Made by a program: the position numbers and the translations under genes
The notes under the pieces: generated by a model
The model's input: only the letters and a program-made list of their open reading frames with translations
Database searches by the model: none
What the model was told of the DNA's origin: nothing
Origin: Promethearchaeota archaeon
GTDB lineage: Archaea > Asgardarchaeota > Thorarchaeia > Thorarchaeales > Thorarchaeaceae
Assembly (NCBI GenBank): GCA_048939765.1
Contig: JBHLPF010000036.1
Location: 1 to 37,531 of the forward strand
Reading direction: 5' to 3'
Length of the DNA stretch: 37,531 bases
Shown here: positions 36,763 through 37,531 of the stretch, piece after piece
How positions within the stretch are numbered: the first letter of the stretch is position 1
How the letters are laid out: every line of letters starts with the position of its first letter

Positions 36763-36988
36763 GTATTGGATAAGGCTCCTGCATCGCTCTTGCGATAGCT
36801 AGCAGTCATTGATTCGTTGAAAGCCAGAATCCAATTGTGATGTTTGAGGATTGATACCAGGCGCAGTCCCTGAGGGCAGTCTGGGAATCAAGAAGTGCAG
36901 AGCTTTCAAGACAACCAAAAGCATGCTTGGTCAGGGGAATGTACAAATACGCTGATGTCGGAATATGACCTGATTGAGGTGAGAGTGT

Positions 36989-37531
36989 TTGCCATACGAG
37001 AGGACTGAGTCATGTGAAGCAGTCTTCAGAGAATGCGTTAGTCTGTTTGAAAATCAAGAATTCCAAGAGGCGTTGACATGTTACAATAGGTACACAACGA
37101 TATGCCCGGCCGACCCTATGGGTTGGAATAACCATGGTGCGTGCCTTATTGCTCTTGGAAGATATCTTGAGGCAGTTCATAGCTGTAACATGGCCTTGGA
37201 ACTAGACCCGAACCACAAGTATGCAAGCAACAACAAGGGTCAGGCTCTGGAAGCAGTTGGCAAACTCAGAGAGGCGGCAGAATGCTACATGCAGGCTTGC
37301 CGAGTTGATCCTGAATATGCCCAGCCATGGTTCAATCTTGCCAATGCGCTACGGAAGATGGAGAAGTTTGACGATGCCATCAAGTACTATAGGAAAGTGG
37401 CGAAGCTCGAGCCAGACTATCCACAGATATGGAACAACATTGGTATCTGCTATCATATGATGGAAGACTATGACAACGCCTTGGTCTACTACAGAAAGGC
37501 ATCTGACTATAGTCCCAGAGATCCATTCCCG
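36989..37531 (+). CDS. Tetratricopeptide repeat protein, 3'-truncated by window edge (missing from the ORF track)
   Basis: GAGGTGA RBS and TTG start; frame open to the end. WNNHGACLIALGRYLEA, NNKGQALEAVGKLREA, WFNLANALRKMEKFDDA and WNNIGICYHMMEDYDNA repeats. Confidence 0.88.
   Translation, partial: MPYERTESCEAVFRECVSLFENQEFQEALTCYNRYTTICPADPMGWNNHGACLIALGRYLEAVHSCNMALELDPNHKYASNNKGQALEAVGKLREAAECYMQACRVDPEYAQPWFNLANALRKMEKFDDAIKYYRKVAKLEPDYPQIWNNIGICYHMMEDYDNALVYYRKASDYSPRDPFP

Noticed and set aside
37221-37460. 79-aa ORF in the track
   Set aside because: Out-of-frame shadow of the TPR gene that starts at 36989.

Overview
Gene-dense archaeal chromosomal segment, most likely from an Asgard archaeon (Thorarchaeota-like). 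This is inferred from two Rab-like small GTPases, two stand-alone longin-like proteins, a 22-aa LRR protein, archaeal BRE/TATA promoters and frequent TTG/GTG starts. From left to right it holds: a sulfur-relay cluster (TusA, DsrE, DsrEFH/TusDCB); a small region with two exported proteins, bracketed by a diverged 55-bp duplicate of the tusD 5' end; an LRR protein; a thiol-redox cluster (PDO, TrxR, glutaredoxin, ferritin-like); a Zn-ribbon + Rab-like GTPase pair; GNAT, CruF-like and HTH genes; iorAB; surface proteins; a second TrxR-like flavoprotein; a thioredoxin; HxlR with an Fe-S protein; an atypical type-2 asparaginase; a MacB/LolCDE-type ABC transporter; and a polyferredoxin. The most striking part is 28.3-37.5 kb, an apparent signalling locus. 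It has two divergent paralogous wHTH regulators (one fused to about 5.5 PAS domains), followed by an apparent operon of Rab-like GTPase, CxxC..CxxxH Zn-ribbon protein, longin, a ~15-TM protein with two apparent 7-TM repeats, a second longin, a membrane histidine pseudokinase and a TPR protein. No rRNA, tRNA, CRISPR array or transposase was recognised. All family calls come from motif recognition by eye, not database searches.
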